A DNA stretch of 64,000 nt from Guillardia theta CCMP2712 (Eukaryota > Protista > Cryptophyta). Under the pieces are notes generated by a model. That model made no database searches. It was given only the letters and a program-made list of their open reading frames with translations, and was not told where the DNA came from. The stretch lies in NCBI RefSeq assembly GCF_000315625.1, contig NW_005434662.1, forward strand, positions 402,307 through 466,306, read 5' to 3'. A program made the position numbers and the translations under genes. This document shows positions 1 to 10,661 of this stretch, one piece after another; the stretch's first letter is position 1; every line of letters starts with the position of its first letter.

Positions 1-520
1 GGAAATCAGGGGGTAGGGGTATAAATATCACCGGTACCTTTGCTGCAGACCCATAATGTTACCGGTGAATAGAACTGGTAAAAATGGGGTGATCCACTGA
101 TTGGGAGGGTACTGAGTTCAAAACATCCAGAATGAAAACACATTCATGTAGGGTTATCGATCCTGATCTACTCTCAAGGGGGGTAGGGGTGCATATTTCT
201 GTATAAGTACCCGGTTGATTTAGACAATTTTCATTGAAATATGGGGGGTAAGGGAGACCACGTTAGTATACATGTGACGTGGAAATATGACCCCCCTACC
301 CCCTATTTCAAACGCACACCCCTTCAATCTTTCAACACCGGTTCTTGGGAAAGTACCCGACCTCCATGATAAACACAACCCTATCTTTTCCTTCTAAAGT
401 ACCCTACCTTTATACTTGAATTGTCGACTTCAAATGTAAAGATGGTAACTCTAAAGTACCCTACCCCAACTTGGAATGACCCCCACGCCCAATGGATAAG
501 GAGCACCCCTCCCATATGAG
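1..520. repeat. GGGGTA/TACCCC-rich low-complexity intergenic island
   Basis: Many GGGGTA/GGGTAG words to ~255, then TACCC/ACCCC words from ~290 to 520; no coding signal. Confidence 0.7.
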
Positions 521-1067
521 TGATACAAACAGCACGTGAACCGGGCGATCAACACCGAGCCTGATCTGGAACATCGTTGTAGCAACGAGGTAAGCCGATG
601 GTATGTGTTGGAATGCCGTGAATTCTTCTTCTTCCAACTATTTCTTGTCTTCCTTCTTCCAGCAAACTATGCGAAACCGTGCTTTACAATCCTGATTTCA
701 CATGATCCTTGTGTGATGCGAACTGTCCGCTGTTTCGAACACCCGGGGCTTGCAAATTCATGAAGATGATGAATCCTTTTTCGAATTCTGCTTCACTGAA
801 ACCAGTGATGAACATTTTCTGGCATGGATTCTGATTCATGAGTACCGAGCTACCTGTTTGAAAGTTTGTACACTGCATGCTGTTTGATCACTTTCATTAT
901 AGCTCTGAAAGCTTCCTGAATCTCATTTTTTTGCGCAGGGATCAGAGGTTAACGAAGCCAAGAGTGGCCTGACCTGTAATGAACAATTCAACACATTTAA
1001 TGAAAAATCCGAATAAAACACATTTTCAACATGACGATGCTTCAAACCACCCGTCGCCTTAACAATT

Positions 1068-2735
1068 TCAGCTTGTGAACCGCAAGTGGTTCTCTTCACG
1101 CCTTCTTCTTCTTCTCCTTGAGCTCTTTGGCTGCATTGACATCAACCCGTCAACACAGGTGTCCATCATGTACAGGAGTGAACCACCGGCAGTCAGGTAC
1201 TTTGAATAGTACTCGGGATGGCACTTGAGCCATGTCAGGCTGGCCGACGGAATGACATCCGTCATGGGCAGGACCTGAGGGGGTCAGTGAGACGAGAGAG
1301 GAGGCAGCCCATAGGAGCAATGCCACCTCCTCTAGCAGGCCAAACCACTTGGCATTTGGCTCCACCTTGTCGAACATTGCACCCATCAAGACAGCCTGAC
1401 AGGCCAGCTGCTGAGGTCTAATGCCAACCATCATGAGAAGTTCGAACCTGCACAGGCCCCCAGATGAGGTCAAAGCCCTCCCCGATGAAGGGTAGGAGGT
1501 ATGTGGCGTTGCCGATCACGAAGTCCATGAAGAGGCAGAGCCACAACTGCAAGATCCCACCGGTGAGATGAGGAGATCAAGCTTTCAAGCCCTCACCTGG
1601 AAGAGAGGGTGTTTCGGAATGAAGAGGGGGAGCAGCTCCCAGGGCTTCGGTCGAGTGCCGACATTGTAAACAAGTCGCTTCCCTACATCTTCTTCCAGGA
1701 TCTACAGCAAATCGGTCAGCCCTTCAAAAATTCAAGGAACCATTGCAACCGAGTCCACGAACGGCTGAAGGAGATTTTTCCGCCCTGTCGTGGACAATTT
1801 AGTGAAGATTAGTGTCCATCTCTACAACCCACCAGGTGGAGAGAGCAGAAGGATCAAGCCCAAGATCAAGGTGTTGAAAAGGACGAGAATCCCTGTGACG
1901 CTAAGGAGGAGGACGAACAAGAAGGTTCAAGAAATGAAGGTGCACGGTTGAACATACATTGCAATAGGAAGGAAAAGAGGCAAACCGATGGTAAACGCGA
2001 TGATACCGAATGGAATCACACAAGCCATTGCTGGAATGAACATCATTGCGACGAACAATCCCATATACTAAAACAGAAATTTCACTTCTCCAACCTGTGA
2101 TGATACGAGACAAACAATGGGAAAGCATCATCTTTTCTGACCTTGTTGTAGATGACAGGAAGAGCTATCCCCACTGTCGTCTCAACCTGAATTCGAGCCA
2201 TAAGTCCACCATCTTGGAGTGACCTTGCGTTACCCGCTTGTACATCGGGTCGATGAAGCTGACGACATTGTCAAAAGTTCCCATGACGACGGCAAACTCA
2301 GGCCGGAATTCCATCATTTCACCCTGTCAGTTGTCATAGTGTTAGCGTAATGGTTGTGCCGTGTTAACATTGACGTTGAAGAGTTGGGCCAACTGAAAAT
2401 CCTGTGTGATCTAACCTCACTCACTCCTCAATTTTTCGTGTAGAACAGCAAAGTCTGACTCGTGTAGTCTGCAATCATTCCATGCTAGATCCCTTCTTCA
2501 TTGGGTAATCATTGGATCTGAGTTCTCATCAGGACTTCACGTGTATGTCGCCATCAACGCAAACTCGGCCAGTCAATGAGAGATTACATTTCGTCTCGAG
2601 CCATGTCACCTAGCCTTCTTGTGATGCCTATTATCTCGCATCATTCACTAGACCCCTTTCAATGATCACTTCATCAACAATCTTCTTCCTACTCGAAGTG
2701 TCAAACACTTCTCGCTCTCTGCCCCGTCGCTGCAT
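1068..2735 (-). pseudogene. Spliced multi-pass membrane-protein gene with multiple in-frame stops; C-terminal exons resemble a small conserved bacterial/algal membrane domain
   Basis: GT-AG exons translate as ILEEDVGKRLVYNVGTRPKPWELLPLFIPKHPLFQ | LWLCLFMDFVIGNATYLLPFIGEGFDLIWGPVQ | AVLMGAMFDKVEPNAKWFGLLEE | VLPMTDVIPSASLTWLK. Upstream exons (ATG 2735) carry in-frame stops at 2631-2633, 2628-2630, 2610-2612, 2498-2500, 2165-2167, 2068-2070 and 1822-1824. Confidence 0.65.
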
Positions 2736-2828
2736 TTCGGAGCCGCTCTCAATCTGATTGGAGTTTCAAAACCGGGCCGTGACGGCCCGGGGCCGGCTCG
2801 GCGGCGGGCCATACAATCTTCTTTCTGA

Positions 2829-2913
2829 TTTAACTTAACTTTGAGTAAAGATTCTTACTGAGCCCGTTGGCAGTTCTACGGGGTGCCGACCTTTTACTCA
2901 AAGTTAAGTTAAA
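2829..2913. promoter_or_regulatory. 21-bp perfect inverted repeat of the AACTTAACTTTGAGTAAA motif between divergent genes
   Basis: TTTAACTTAACTTTGAGTAAA (2829-2849) and its reverse complement TTTACTCAAAGTTAAGTTAAA (2893-2913); ATTGG (CCAAT) near 2757; short CCGG-rich patch 2770-2810. Confidence 0.6.
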
Positions 2914-3000
2914 AATCGGTTCAAGCGCCGGCTGCCTTATCAAAATTTTCCATGCCAGCCACAAGTGGGAACCAGCGACAAGGCGCGCAAGAGAAGGAAG

Positions 3001-3711
3001 ATGGAAGGCCCCGAGGAGGAAGAGGGAGGCAGGAAAGGAAGGAACAAGGGCTCAGAGGAAGGAGAGGGAGCGAGAGCTGACGATAGACAAGGAGAGGGGA
3101 CTAAAAGACAGAGAAAACAAAAAAAGGTAGTGTGCGAGCACGGGCGGCGGCGATCCCGATGCAAGGCATGCGGGGGAGGGAGCATATGTGAGCACGGGCG
3201 GATCCGATCCCACTGCAAGGCATGCGGGGGAGGGAGCATATGCGAGCACGGGCGGCGGCGATCAGAATGCAAGGCATGCGGGGGAGGGAGCATATGCGAG
3301 CACGGGCGGATCCGATCAGAATGCAAGGCATGCGGGGGAGGGAGCATATGCGAGCACGGGCGGAGGCGATCCCACTGCAAGGCATGCGGGGGAGGGAGCA
3401 TATGCGAGCACGGGCGGATCCGATCCCACTGCAAGGCATGCGGGGGAGGGAGCATATGCGAGCACGGGCGGATCCGATCCCACTGCAAGGCATGCGGGGG
3501 AGGGAGCATATGCGAGCACTGGCGACGGCGATCAGAATGCAAGGCATGCGGGGGAGGGAGCATATGCGAGCACGGGCGGATCCGATCAGAATGCAAGGCA
3601 TGCGGGGGAGGGAGCATATGCGAGCACGGGCGGAGGCGATCCCACTGCAAGGCATGCGGGGGAGGGAGCATATGCGAGCACGGGCGGAGGCGATCCCACT
3701 GCAAGGCATGA
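3001..3711 (+). CDS. Cys/His 18-aa repeat (CEHGRxRSxCKACGGGSI) putative zinc-binding protein, probably truncated
   Basis: ATG 3001, basic NLS-like KRQRKQKK, then 11 CEHG..CKAC units. The 11th unit has TGA in place of TGC and the repeat continues past the stop. Confidence 0.7.
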   Translation: MEGPEEEEGGRKGRNKGSEEGEGARADDRQGEGTKRQRKQKKVVCEHGRRRSRCKACGGGSICEHGRIRSHCKACGGGSICEHGRRRSECKACGGGSICEHGRIRSECKACGGGSICEHGRRRSHCKACGGGSICEHGRIRSHCKACGGGSICEHGRIRSHCKACGGGSICEHWRRRSECKACGGGSICEHGRIRSECKACGGGSICEHGRRRSHCKACGGGSICEHGRRRSHCKA

Positions 3712-3734
3712 GGGGGAGGGAGCATATGCGAGCA
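3133..3734 (+). repeat. 54-bp coding tandem repeat, ~11 copies
   Basis: Unit TGCGAGCACGGGCGG(A/C)..CGATC....TGCAAGGCATGCGGGGGAGGGAGCATA repeated nearly perfectly. Confidence 0.95.
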
Positions 3735-4189
3735 AGACAAGAACTGATCATGTGGCATTGATATGCGGTCTTGCTGTATTGACATCATGCAGCATGTGCA
3801 CAGGGAGCATGCTGCCAAGCTTTACCAGCAGGATCCTCAGTAGACGGAGGAGTCAACGAAGTCTGTCGCCTCGAGCGGCCATAGACTTTGTCACGTCAAG
3901 CGTTTTTAGATCGGCTGGACCTGGCAGCTGGGACCAGAATCGGGCCCTGGATTGAGTACTACTGGAATCCTGCGAAGCTTCTTTGTTTCGGATAGAGAAG
4001 AGGAGCAATAAAGGAGCTTGAAGTCAGTCTGAGTCAAGCGGACACTTTTATTCCTCCTTGTCTTGCACTGCCTGATGTGCAGCTGTCACGGATGAGTTGG
4101 CATGGCGATGATCAGGGGCATGTGATGGGTTGGGCGTGACTTGACTCAGGTCGCGCAGGACTCTATCTCTGATCCGGGATCATCATGCG

Positions 4190-5110
4190 ATGATGCACAT
4201 CCGATATGGCCTGTATCCCGGCGCCGGAAGGCCCTGACTGGCGGCTCGGCTGCGGCGCCGTTCAACGCCGACCGGGCCTCCGAGGCTTCGTCAATGATAT
4301 TCCAGCTGATCATCTGTCATTGACATGCGGTCTTGCCGCTGTGCTGTGTTGACATGACTGTGATGCAGCACGTGCACGCCGGGGAGCATGCGGGTGCTGC
4401 CAACTTCGCGGCTCGAGTCCAGGCCCCCGCACCTTCACTGCCTTCCGAAATGGGGGTTTAGAGCGTTTCAAGTTTCGGGACTTCACGAGTCTGGGTGGTT
4501 GATATGACTGAGAATGAGATGACTCAGTGAAGCACGCCGACATCTCTTGCTCCTTACATCCGATCAGTGCACTGCCCGGCGGCGGGCCGGCATGATGAGG
4601 TGCCGCACACGCGGCAACTTTCAGTCACGCCGGAGAGTATCCGATGGCCTCGTCGACCGGACGGTTTGCCATGATGGCGCGGCTGAAGGTGTGCAACGCG
4701 AAAGGTTTGGCCTGTCTGATTAACAATATGCATCAAATGTCCACATTCAGCACCTGCCTGATGAGCTGCAGCTGCGTCTTTTCGGTGCCTGGCAGTGGGC
4801 TGACGGACGGTCGCCGTTCAACCGTCCGGCGTCGGTTTGGCCAGCCGGAGGAACTTAACTTTGAGCAAAGAAGCCACGGTGTGTAGTACGTGCTTTTCAC
4901 TACTGAGTGACTGACACGGGCCGGCGGACCTGTACACCGTGACCTCGCCACTTTCGGCCCCGGCCAGGTCATTACCCCCGGGATCGGATTGTACGGTAGC
5001 CTGGTGCACTGAGAATTTTAACTAAAGTATTAGTTATCCGATGATATCCATGGAATTCGATGGAGTTTGTGCCGGGCGGGATGAGGGGCGCGATCTGATT
5101 CCCCGGGGTG
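4190..5110. other. Degenerate CCGG-rich island
   Basis: CCGG/GGCC/GTCAC vocabulary like the other islands but interspersed with many CATG/TGCA; contains AACTTAACTTTGAGCAAAG at 4852-4870. Confidence 0.45.
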
Positions 5111-5729
5111 GCCACCGCAGGGTAGGGGGACCAGTACCAATCTTAAAACTATATAAGTCCTACAAGCAATTTAAAAAGTACCAAAATTCGATCCTGAATC
5201 TGAAATGGGCCTGTTCTACAACATTGTATATCTTATAAAAATAGTCTATGTAGAGTCCTGGTATGTATGAGGTTGTACCAGACCCCCAAGCACCCATACA
5301 AACACGTTTTTATGTTACTCGATGCCGAGACATGATCTACAAAAGTTTTTAAGAAACCGCTGGACACTCGCGGGCGTCGCCTTTAAAATACTTTTTGTTT
5401 CAGATACCAGAGCGGCCTCGTCAAAACTCAACGTTTGTGACTTCAATTGAGTCCAATTTACAGCAGAATCATGACCAGTCGCTCCTGTGGTGCACTCTAC
5501 ATTATCAATTCTTCGAATAAGAATATAATTCAATTGGATATACCTTTTATCATCGCTTTCCTGGCTGCCTCCATTCAATCAGATTGCGACGGGACGGATT
5601 TCTCGTACACTCATATACAGTTGAAATAGAAAGATTTGAATATTAATGAAATCGAAAAAGCTTTGTTTCGATTTAGATATATCAGAAGCAATTATTCCTT
5701 CAAAATCAGGTCATACGTAGGATCAGTCA

Positions 5730-6330
5730 GAAGGGGGTCATCTTTTGGTGGAGATGAAAAGTTAAAGGTAGGGTCAATGATGTACCGGTAATTCAAAGGT
5801 AAAAATCACCCCTTATCGTGTAGATCAGTTTTGTTTGCCAGGGTACCATACATTACAAGGGGTAGGGATATGACTATAAAACAATTAATCTTTATAAAGC
5901 AGGTCATGGCTGATCAGAACTAGTGGGGTGGGGGTGGTAAGTCGGATCTGATGCTTGTAGGGTGGGTCTTGATTTGAAAGGGGTAGGAGCAAGCTTGCGC
6001 CGCAAGTGGGAGCAAACATATTCAGGGCATACTCCAATTTGTTTCTCTTTTATTTTGAAATTACACCTCATAGATAATAAAGTTTGAATATGTTTTGTAG
6101 AGTTGCCTTGGGCTGAAAGCCTCCTTGAGGGTAGGGTAGTAATGATCTAGCAGGGTGAACAGCTCTACCCACTAGGTGGGTAGGAACTCGAGAAGGGGTA
6201 GGGGTACGATCAGATGGTAGATGCCTACGACCAAAGGTCTTACGTTCATCTATATCTAGAGGGTGGGGTAGTTTTTGCGATATAGCTAGGGGTGGAGTCA
6301 TCCTACGTCCTGACCGCACGCGGCCCGGAA
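5730..6330. repeat. GGGGTA-rich island
   Basis: Dense GGGTAG/GGGGTA/GGGTGG words, non-coding, upstream of the Nudix gene. Confidence 0.65.
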
Positions 6331-6544
6331 ATGAAAGGGATCTAAAGGTACAAGGAAGAGGAACGTAGAAAAGTCAGGTGGTATTGAAAGAAGGAGAACA
6401 GGATAGCAAAAGGCTATCATACTGCGACAAGCTTATTATATAGATATCAATCTGGATACATGATCAGTTGTTGAAATAGTTGTGGATATTATTTTCTTTG
6501 GATTGTCTCTTTTGTCGGGATTCCACCTGGCACAAGGTGTGATC

Positions 6545-8746
6545 ATGGCATACAAATTCAGATCCACCCTAGCGGGATTATTCTTTCTCTGGATTTTGAG
6601 TGGTGGAGATGTTGGGCTGGCGTCCGACTCTTCATGGAAGTGGATTCACAGAGCGTTTGCTCCAAGCTCAAGCCGGCACAGGGACTCGAAGATTTTCGAG
6701 TCAGTTTTGCGGGAATCCACGTCCAAGGAGGCTGGCAAGCCAATCAGGTGGGTTCAAAGAGCCATCGCTCCAACCTCATCGTTGCCTTCGCCCGTTTCTC
6801 TCTCTTCGCATCAACTCCGGGCGACGGAGGAGCACAGATCGACACACAAGTTGTCAAGAGTTTCTGTGGATATCCCGGACGTGGCTCATCCGGTCTTTGG
6901 CTGCGACGAGTTTCACAGTGCTGGATCATTGCGTGGAGGTGTTGCAGCGTTTGTCTTGAATGGGCCTGTTGTTGTCGAGGGGAAACGAACACGTATTTGC
7001 TCGCACAAGCCGAATTTGCGGGCATCCAAATCGAAGATGGTATTTGATGGGTTTGGGGATGCAGCAATGTGGGCTGGTCAAACGATCTCATTGATGCATC
7101 AGAGAAGTAAGACAACGCTTCAAGCGTCGACCAGTGTACTCTCACAACCCTCAAACACCTTGGAAACAATCAAAGCTGGAGTCCTTGGATTTTCAACCGC
7201 CCTATCGAACGCCAGCAAGGTCGAGAAGGAAGAAATGGCTTCAGTTATGTTGCCTTCCGGCCCGCCCTCTCTCAGGGCCTACGCAGGTTCCGAAGGCCAA
7301 AGTAAGCATGCCGAAACTCGCCTGAAATCTTCTGCTAAGATGCACGAATCTTCCGATCCTATCCATTTTCTTGGGTCTTTGAACACTTTGGTGGTGAACT
7401 TTGTATCTTCGCTACATCTGCCGGTTTCTGTCCGTCATGTTTCTGGGATTCTCGATCTGTTTTCTTCATGGCAGAAGCTTGACTCGCTACAGTCCACCAT
7501 TGAGAAGAGGCGAGAGTCAGTCGATGAGTTGGTTTGGCAGAAGGAAACGAAGTCATATCCGTCGGAGGAGGCCTTTCTGTTTTGGACTGGGAAATCATTC
7601 AGCAGAGTCATTCACAATCTCTCGCAAGTACAAAAGGCTTACTCGGACAGCGCAACCTGGTTGTACAGCAGAGCAGTGGAATTAGATCCAAGACATGTGC
7701 CTTGGATCGTAGCAGGGGCCAGCCAGGCAACGATGGAGAAGTTAAACGAATTGAACTCCAAACTTGCAGAGCTGATTGAGTCTGAGATTTACCATCTGTT
7801 CAATCGTTTCGATAGGGAATTGATGGGATTGAAGCGACAGTCGCAACCGGAGCGGGCGAATCCTCCTTCGTGTATGGTCATGAGTGCGAGTGGAGAGGCT
7901 CAGTTACTCAAGTATGGGAGCGCGATTCCTCAGCTCCTCTATGACACGAATGAAAATCACAGGATGTTTGATGCACCCATGATGGTGGCGCTTGACACTG
8001 ATGAGGATGGAAATTTGTACTTGGGCACTCCAGAGAGGAACCGTGGAACCCCCCTGCCACTTGCTTCCGACGTGTTCTGGATGAGACAGATGGCGTCTTA
8101 CGCGAACGAAGTTTCTTCTGGAAGTCGTGCCAATGGCTCGGAAGATGAAGAGCCAGGGCCCGTTACTGTTGCAGCAGTTACTCTGCCTGTGAACTCGAAT
8201 GGTGACGTGCTGGTTACGCAGAGAGCGTTCCGCGGCATGTATGATGGAATGTGGGTTTTCCCTGGGGGCCATGTTGATGGCGGCGAGGCGCTGTCAGCAG
8301 CAGCAGTGAGAGAGGTCTTGGAGGAAACAGGCTTGCGGGTGGTGAAGGATTCATTGAGGCCGCTAGCAGTATGGGAGGGAACCGTGACGTCGAAGAAGAG
8401 GCAGTTTTGTGTTGTCTTCTTTGCAGCCGATGTCAGCGGAAACTCTGAGAACATGTACTTGCAAACAAAAGAGGTTCATCGAGCTACTTGGATCCCAGCG
8501 GATCTCTTGCCACGAATGCTGGATACCCACGTCTTGCATGAAAATGAGCTTGAAGGCTGTGCAGTTGTTGGCAACGAGCAAGAATCGACAAAAATCAAGC
8601 TGTCAGAACTCCAGAAAGGATTGGGCGAAGGTCATAAATTTGCTCTCCGAGCGTATCTAGAATCAAGGAAGGTGGAGACACCGTTGAACCAAGATCCCTT
8701 CTTGGACAGTAGTGATGATTATTCAAGCTCTTATCGTTCCATCTGA
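6545..8746 (+). CDS. Nudix hydrolase (NUDT17-like C-terminal domain) with long N-terminal extension and hydrophobic leader
   Basis: Open 2.2-kb frame. Nudix box WVFPGGHVDGGEALSAAAVREVLEETGL (GX5EX7REUXEEXGU); N-terminus MAYKFRSTLAGLFFLWILSGG is signal-like. Confidence 0.85.
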   Translation: MAYKFRSTLAGLFFLWILSGGDVGLASDSSWKWIHRAFAPSSSRHRDSKIFESVLRESTSKEAGKPIRWVQRAIAPTSSLPSPVSLSSHQLRATEEHRSTHKLSRVSVDIPDVAHPVFGCDEFHSAGSLRGGVAAFVLNGPVVVEGKRTRICSHKPNLRASKSKMVFDGFGDAAMWAGQTISLMHQRSKTTLQASTSVLSQPSNTLETIKAGVLGFSTALSNASKVEKEEMASVMLPSGPPSLRAYAGSEGQSKHAETRLKSSAKMHESSDPIHFLGSLNTLVVNFVSSLHLPVSVRHVSGILDLFSSWQKLDSLQSTIEKRRESVDELVWQKETKSYPSEEAFLFWTGKSFSRVIHNLSQVQKAYSDSATWLYSRAVELDPRHVPWIVAGASQATMEKLNELNSKLAELIESEIYHLFNRFDRELMGLKRQSQPERANPPSCMVMSASGEAQLLKYGSAIPQLLYDTNENHRMFDAPMMVALDTDEDGNLYLGTPERNRGTPLPLASDVFWMRQMASYANEVSSGSRANGSEDEEPGPVTVAAVTLPVNSNGDVLVTQRAFRGMYDGMWVFPGGHVDGGEALSAAAVREVLEETGLRVVKDSLRPLAVWEGTVTSKKRQFCVVFFAADVSGNSENMYLQTKEVHRATWIPADLLPRMLDTHVLHENELEGCAVVGNEQESTKIKLSELQKGLGEGHKFALRAYLESRKVETPLNQDPFLDSSDDYSSSYRSI

Positions 8747-8849
8747 ACAGGACTATCTTCTTATTTATCTGTACAAAATGTTATATGAATGGACTGTATA
8801 TAAACAATTTTCAACGGATTCAGCGTGTGAAAGAAAGAATATTCATTGT

Positions 8850-10049
8850 CCACTTTAGTGTTAATGCCACTGCAAGTGCAGCAGCCCTCAGATCGACCAG
8901 GGATCTCCCCCCAACTGCGCTTTGCCCGTCGCCTTCTCCTTTGGCAACCCCATACTCTCTGCCGCTTTCTTGGCAGCATGCCCGAGGCCTAGCACTTTCT
9001 GCGGAGCGGGATAGTCAGACGACAAGCTTGAACTATTACTGAGAGCTTACCTTGTAGTCAGATGTAAGTTCCTTCTGAATGATGGCCAGGTTCTTGAGGG
9101 CCCTTGTCTTATCACTGGAAGAGCCAGACGCATTGTCGAACTCCTGTCAAACACCAACCGTGTCAAGACGTTCCTGCATCCTCAGTCACATGTCTAACAA
9201 CCTTGGAGAGCTTCAGGAGCTTCGATCCCACAGAGTTTGGGTTATGTACAACTTTCACCTTCTTCTCCCTCTCCGAGTGTCTGCAGAGCTCGATCACAGA
9301 TGGCCTTCGTCAAACAGGAATCTTCTCACCTCGACTTGCGCCTTGATCCCGAAAGCGACTGAGTGTTGCTCGCGCTTCCGTCAGACTGCCTGCCGTCCGT
9401 GCTCGACGATTGATCGTCTCCGGAATCTAAAGAAGAACTTCCAGATCCTGTACCACCCTGAGGAGCACGATCGTCAACGCTACGAAGGAGTAAGGCTGAT
9501 TGTCAACTACCATGGAATCATAGAATGAAGTAGAATCCGAGGCCGAGGAGGAGCCCGAGGAGGAGCCCGAGGAAGTCACATCCCCCAAGGCTGACGATTG
9601 ATCGTCATCCATGTCGCCCATGTCGCCCATGGAGGAGCTCGACGAATCATCCCCATCGCTCGAGCCGTAGATGGCCTCCCAGCTTGCTGACCCCGTGGAC
9701 AGCTCGGACTGGACCCCCTGCTTCAGAATCAGCTCGATGTTCTCTCCTTCCTCTCGTAACCCAGGGATCTCTTCCTCACCTTCGTCTTCGTTGCTGATCC
9801 CGAACCCGATCGAGCGTATCCGATACACATGATGGCCATCACAGCAACCATAGACACAGCTGCCGCCGCACGCAAGAGGCGTCGATTCTTGTGCTCCCGG
9901 TTCTCCATCGAGGCGGCAAGGGCATAATATGGGGCAAAGAATGAAGGAGTGAATGCCTGCTGCTGGTTTCCGTCGGAGGTCACGTAGACGCTGTCCTCCC
10001 CGGAACCATTTCCCTCCCTCAACAGGATATACCGCGCTGTCCCGTGCAT
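8850..10049 (-). CDS. Multi-exon single-pass membrane protein with Ser/Asp/Gly-rich low-complexity region, uncharacterised
   Basis: ATG 10049 MHGTARYILL..., TM-like AAAAVSMVAVMAIMCIGY, GTGAG donor near 9779, next exon NIELILKQGVQSEL...SSSSMGDMGDMDDD; 3' end approximate. Confidence 0.5.
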
Positions 10050-10229
10050 CGTTTCGTCGGGTAACAGTTGGCAAGGAAGTTCCCAAGAGAACAGTCAAAG
10101 ACGCAGCTTGTCAGTGGACAGAGGAGTCCCCTCTCCTCCTCCTTGTCTCTGGGATGTACCTACTCGCTCCTGCTCCCTGCAGCTCCTGCTTCCTGCCAAC
10201 AATCCTTTCGCTGGTTGTCCGCAAATAGA

Positions 10230-10640
10230 TTTGACTACCCCTCCTACCACTGAGTGTATCAAACCACTGATACGATGTTGTCGGTGGGTAGAATCGCTCA
10301 TATGGGTAGGGGTATCGATTGCGAAACAATTGGCTATAAAAGGGTGGGTACTTTTAATATAATTTGGGGGTATAGAACAAAAAAATTGCCATTGATGGAG
10401 GTGGGTAGTTTTCTCCCTAGGGTAGTACGGAAATTGTCACGGAATTACCAGGGGGTGGCAGGGGATATGACGTAGGGGGTTGAGGGGGTACGGTGGTAGT
10501 CCGAAATCTGCTCATCATCCGGCCTTCTCCCCGGCGACCGGACTAGTTGACTTTAGTACCGGCGCCGAGTCGGACTCCCGGATCGGATCGGGCCCGGGCC
10601 CAGCCCCGCGGCCGGGCCGCGCCCGGCCCGGCAGCCTGTA
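10230..10640. other. Adjacent GGGGTA island (10230-10500) and CCGG island (10515-10640)
   Basis: GGGTAG-rich tract directly followed by GGGCCCGGGCCCAGCCCCGCGGCCGGGCCGCGCCCGGCCCGG. Confidence 0.6.
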
Positions 10641-10661
10641 GGCAGGAACTTCGGAAGGCGG

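Noticed and set aside
1-520. Telomeric repeat
   Set aside because: G-rich words are irregular and dispersed, not a tandem telomere unit, and recur internally throughout the window.
1068-2735. Non-standard genetic code (TAR=Gln) explaining in-frame stops
   Set aside because: A TGA also interrupts the frame, and intact genes in the window terminate with TAG/TAA.
2940-3955. Alternative-frame ORFs over the 54-bp repeat (292, 216, 255, 179 aa)
   Set aside because: Open only because the repeat lacks stops; the Cys/His frame is the plausible one.
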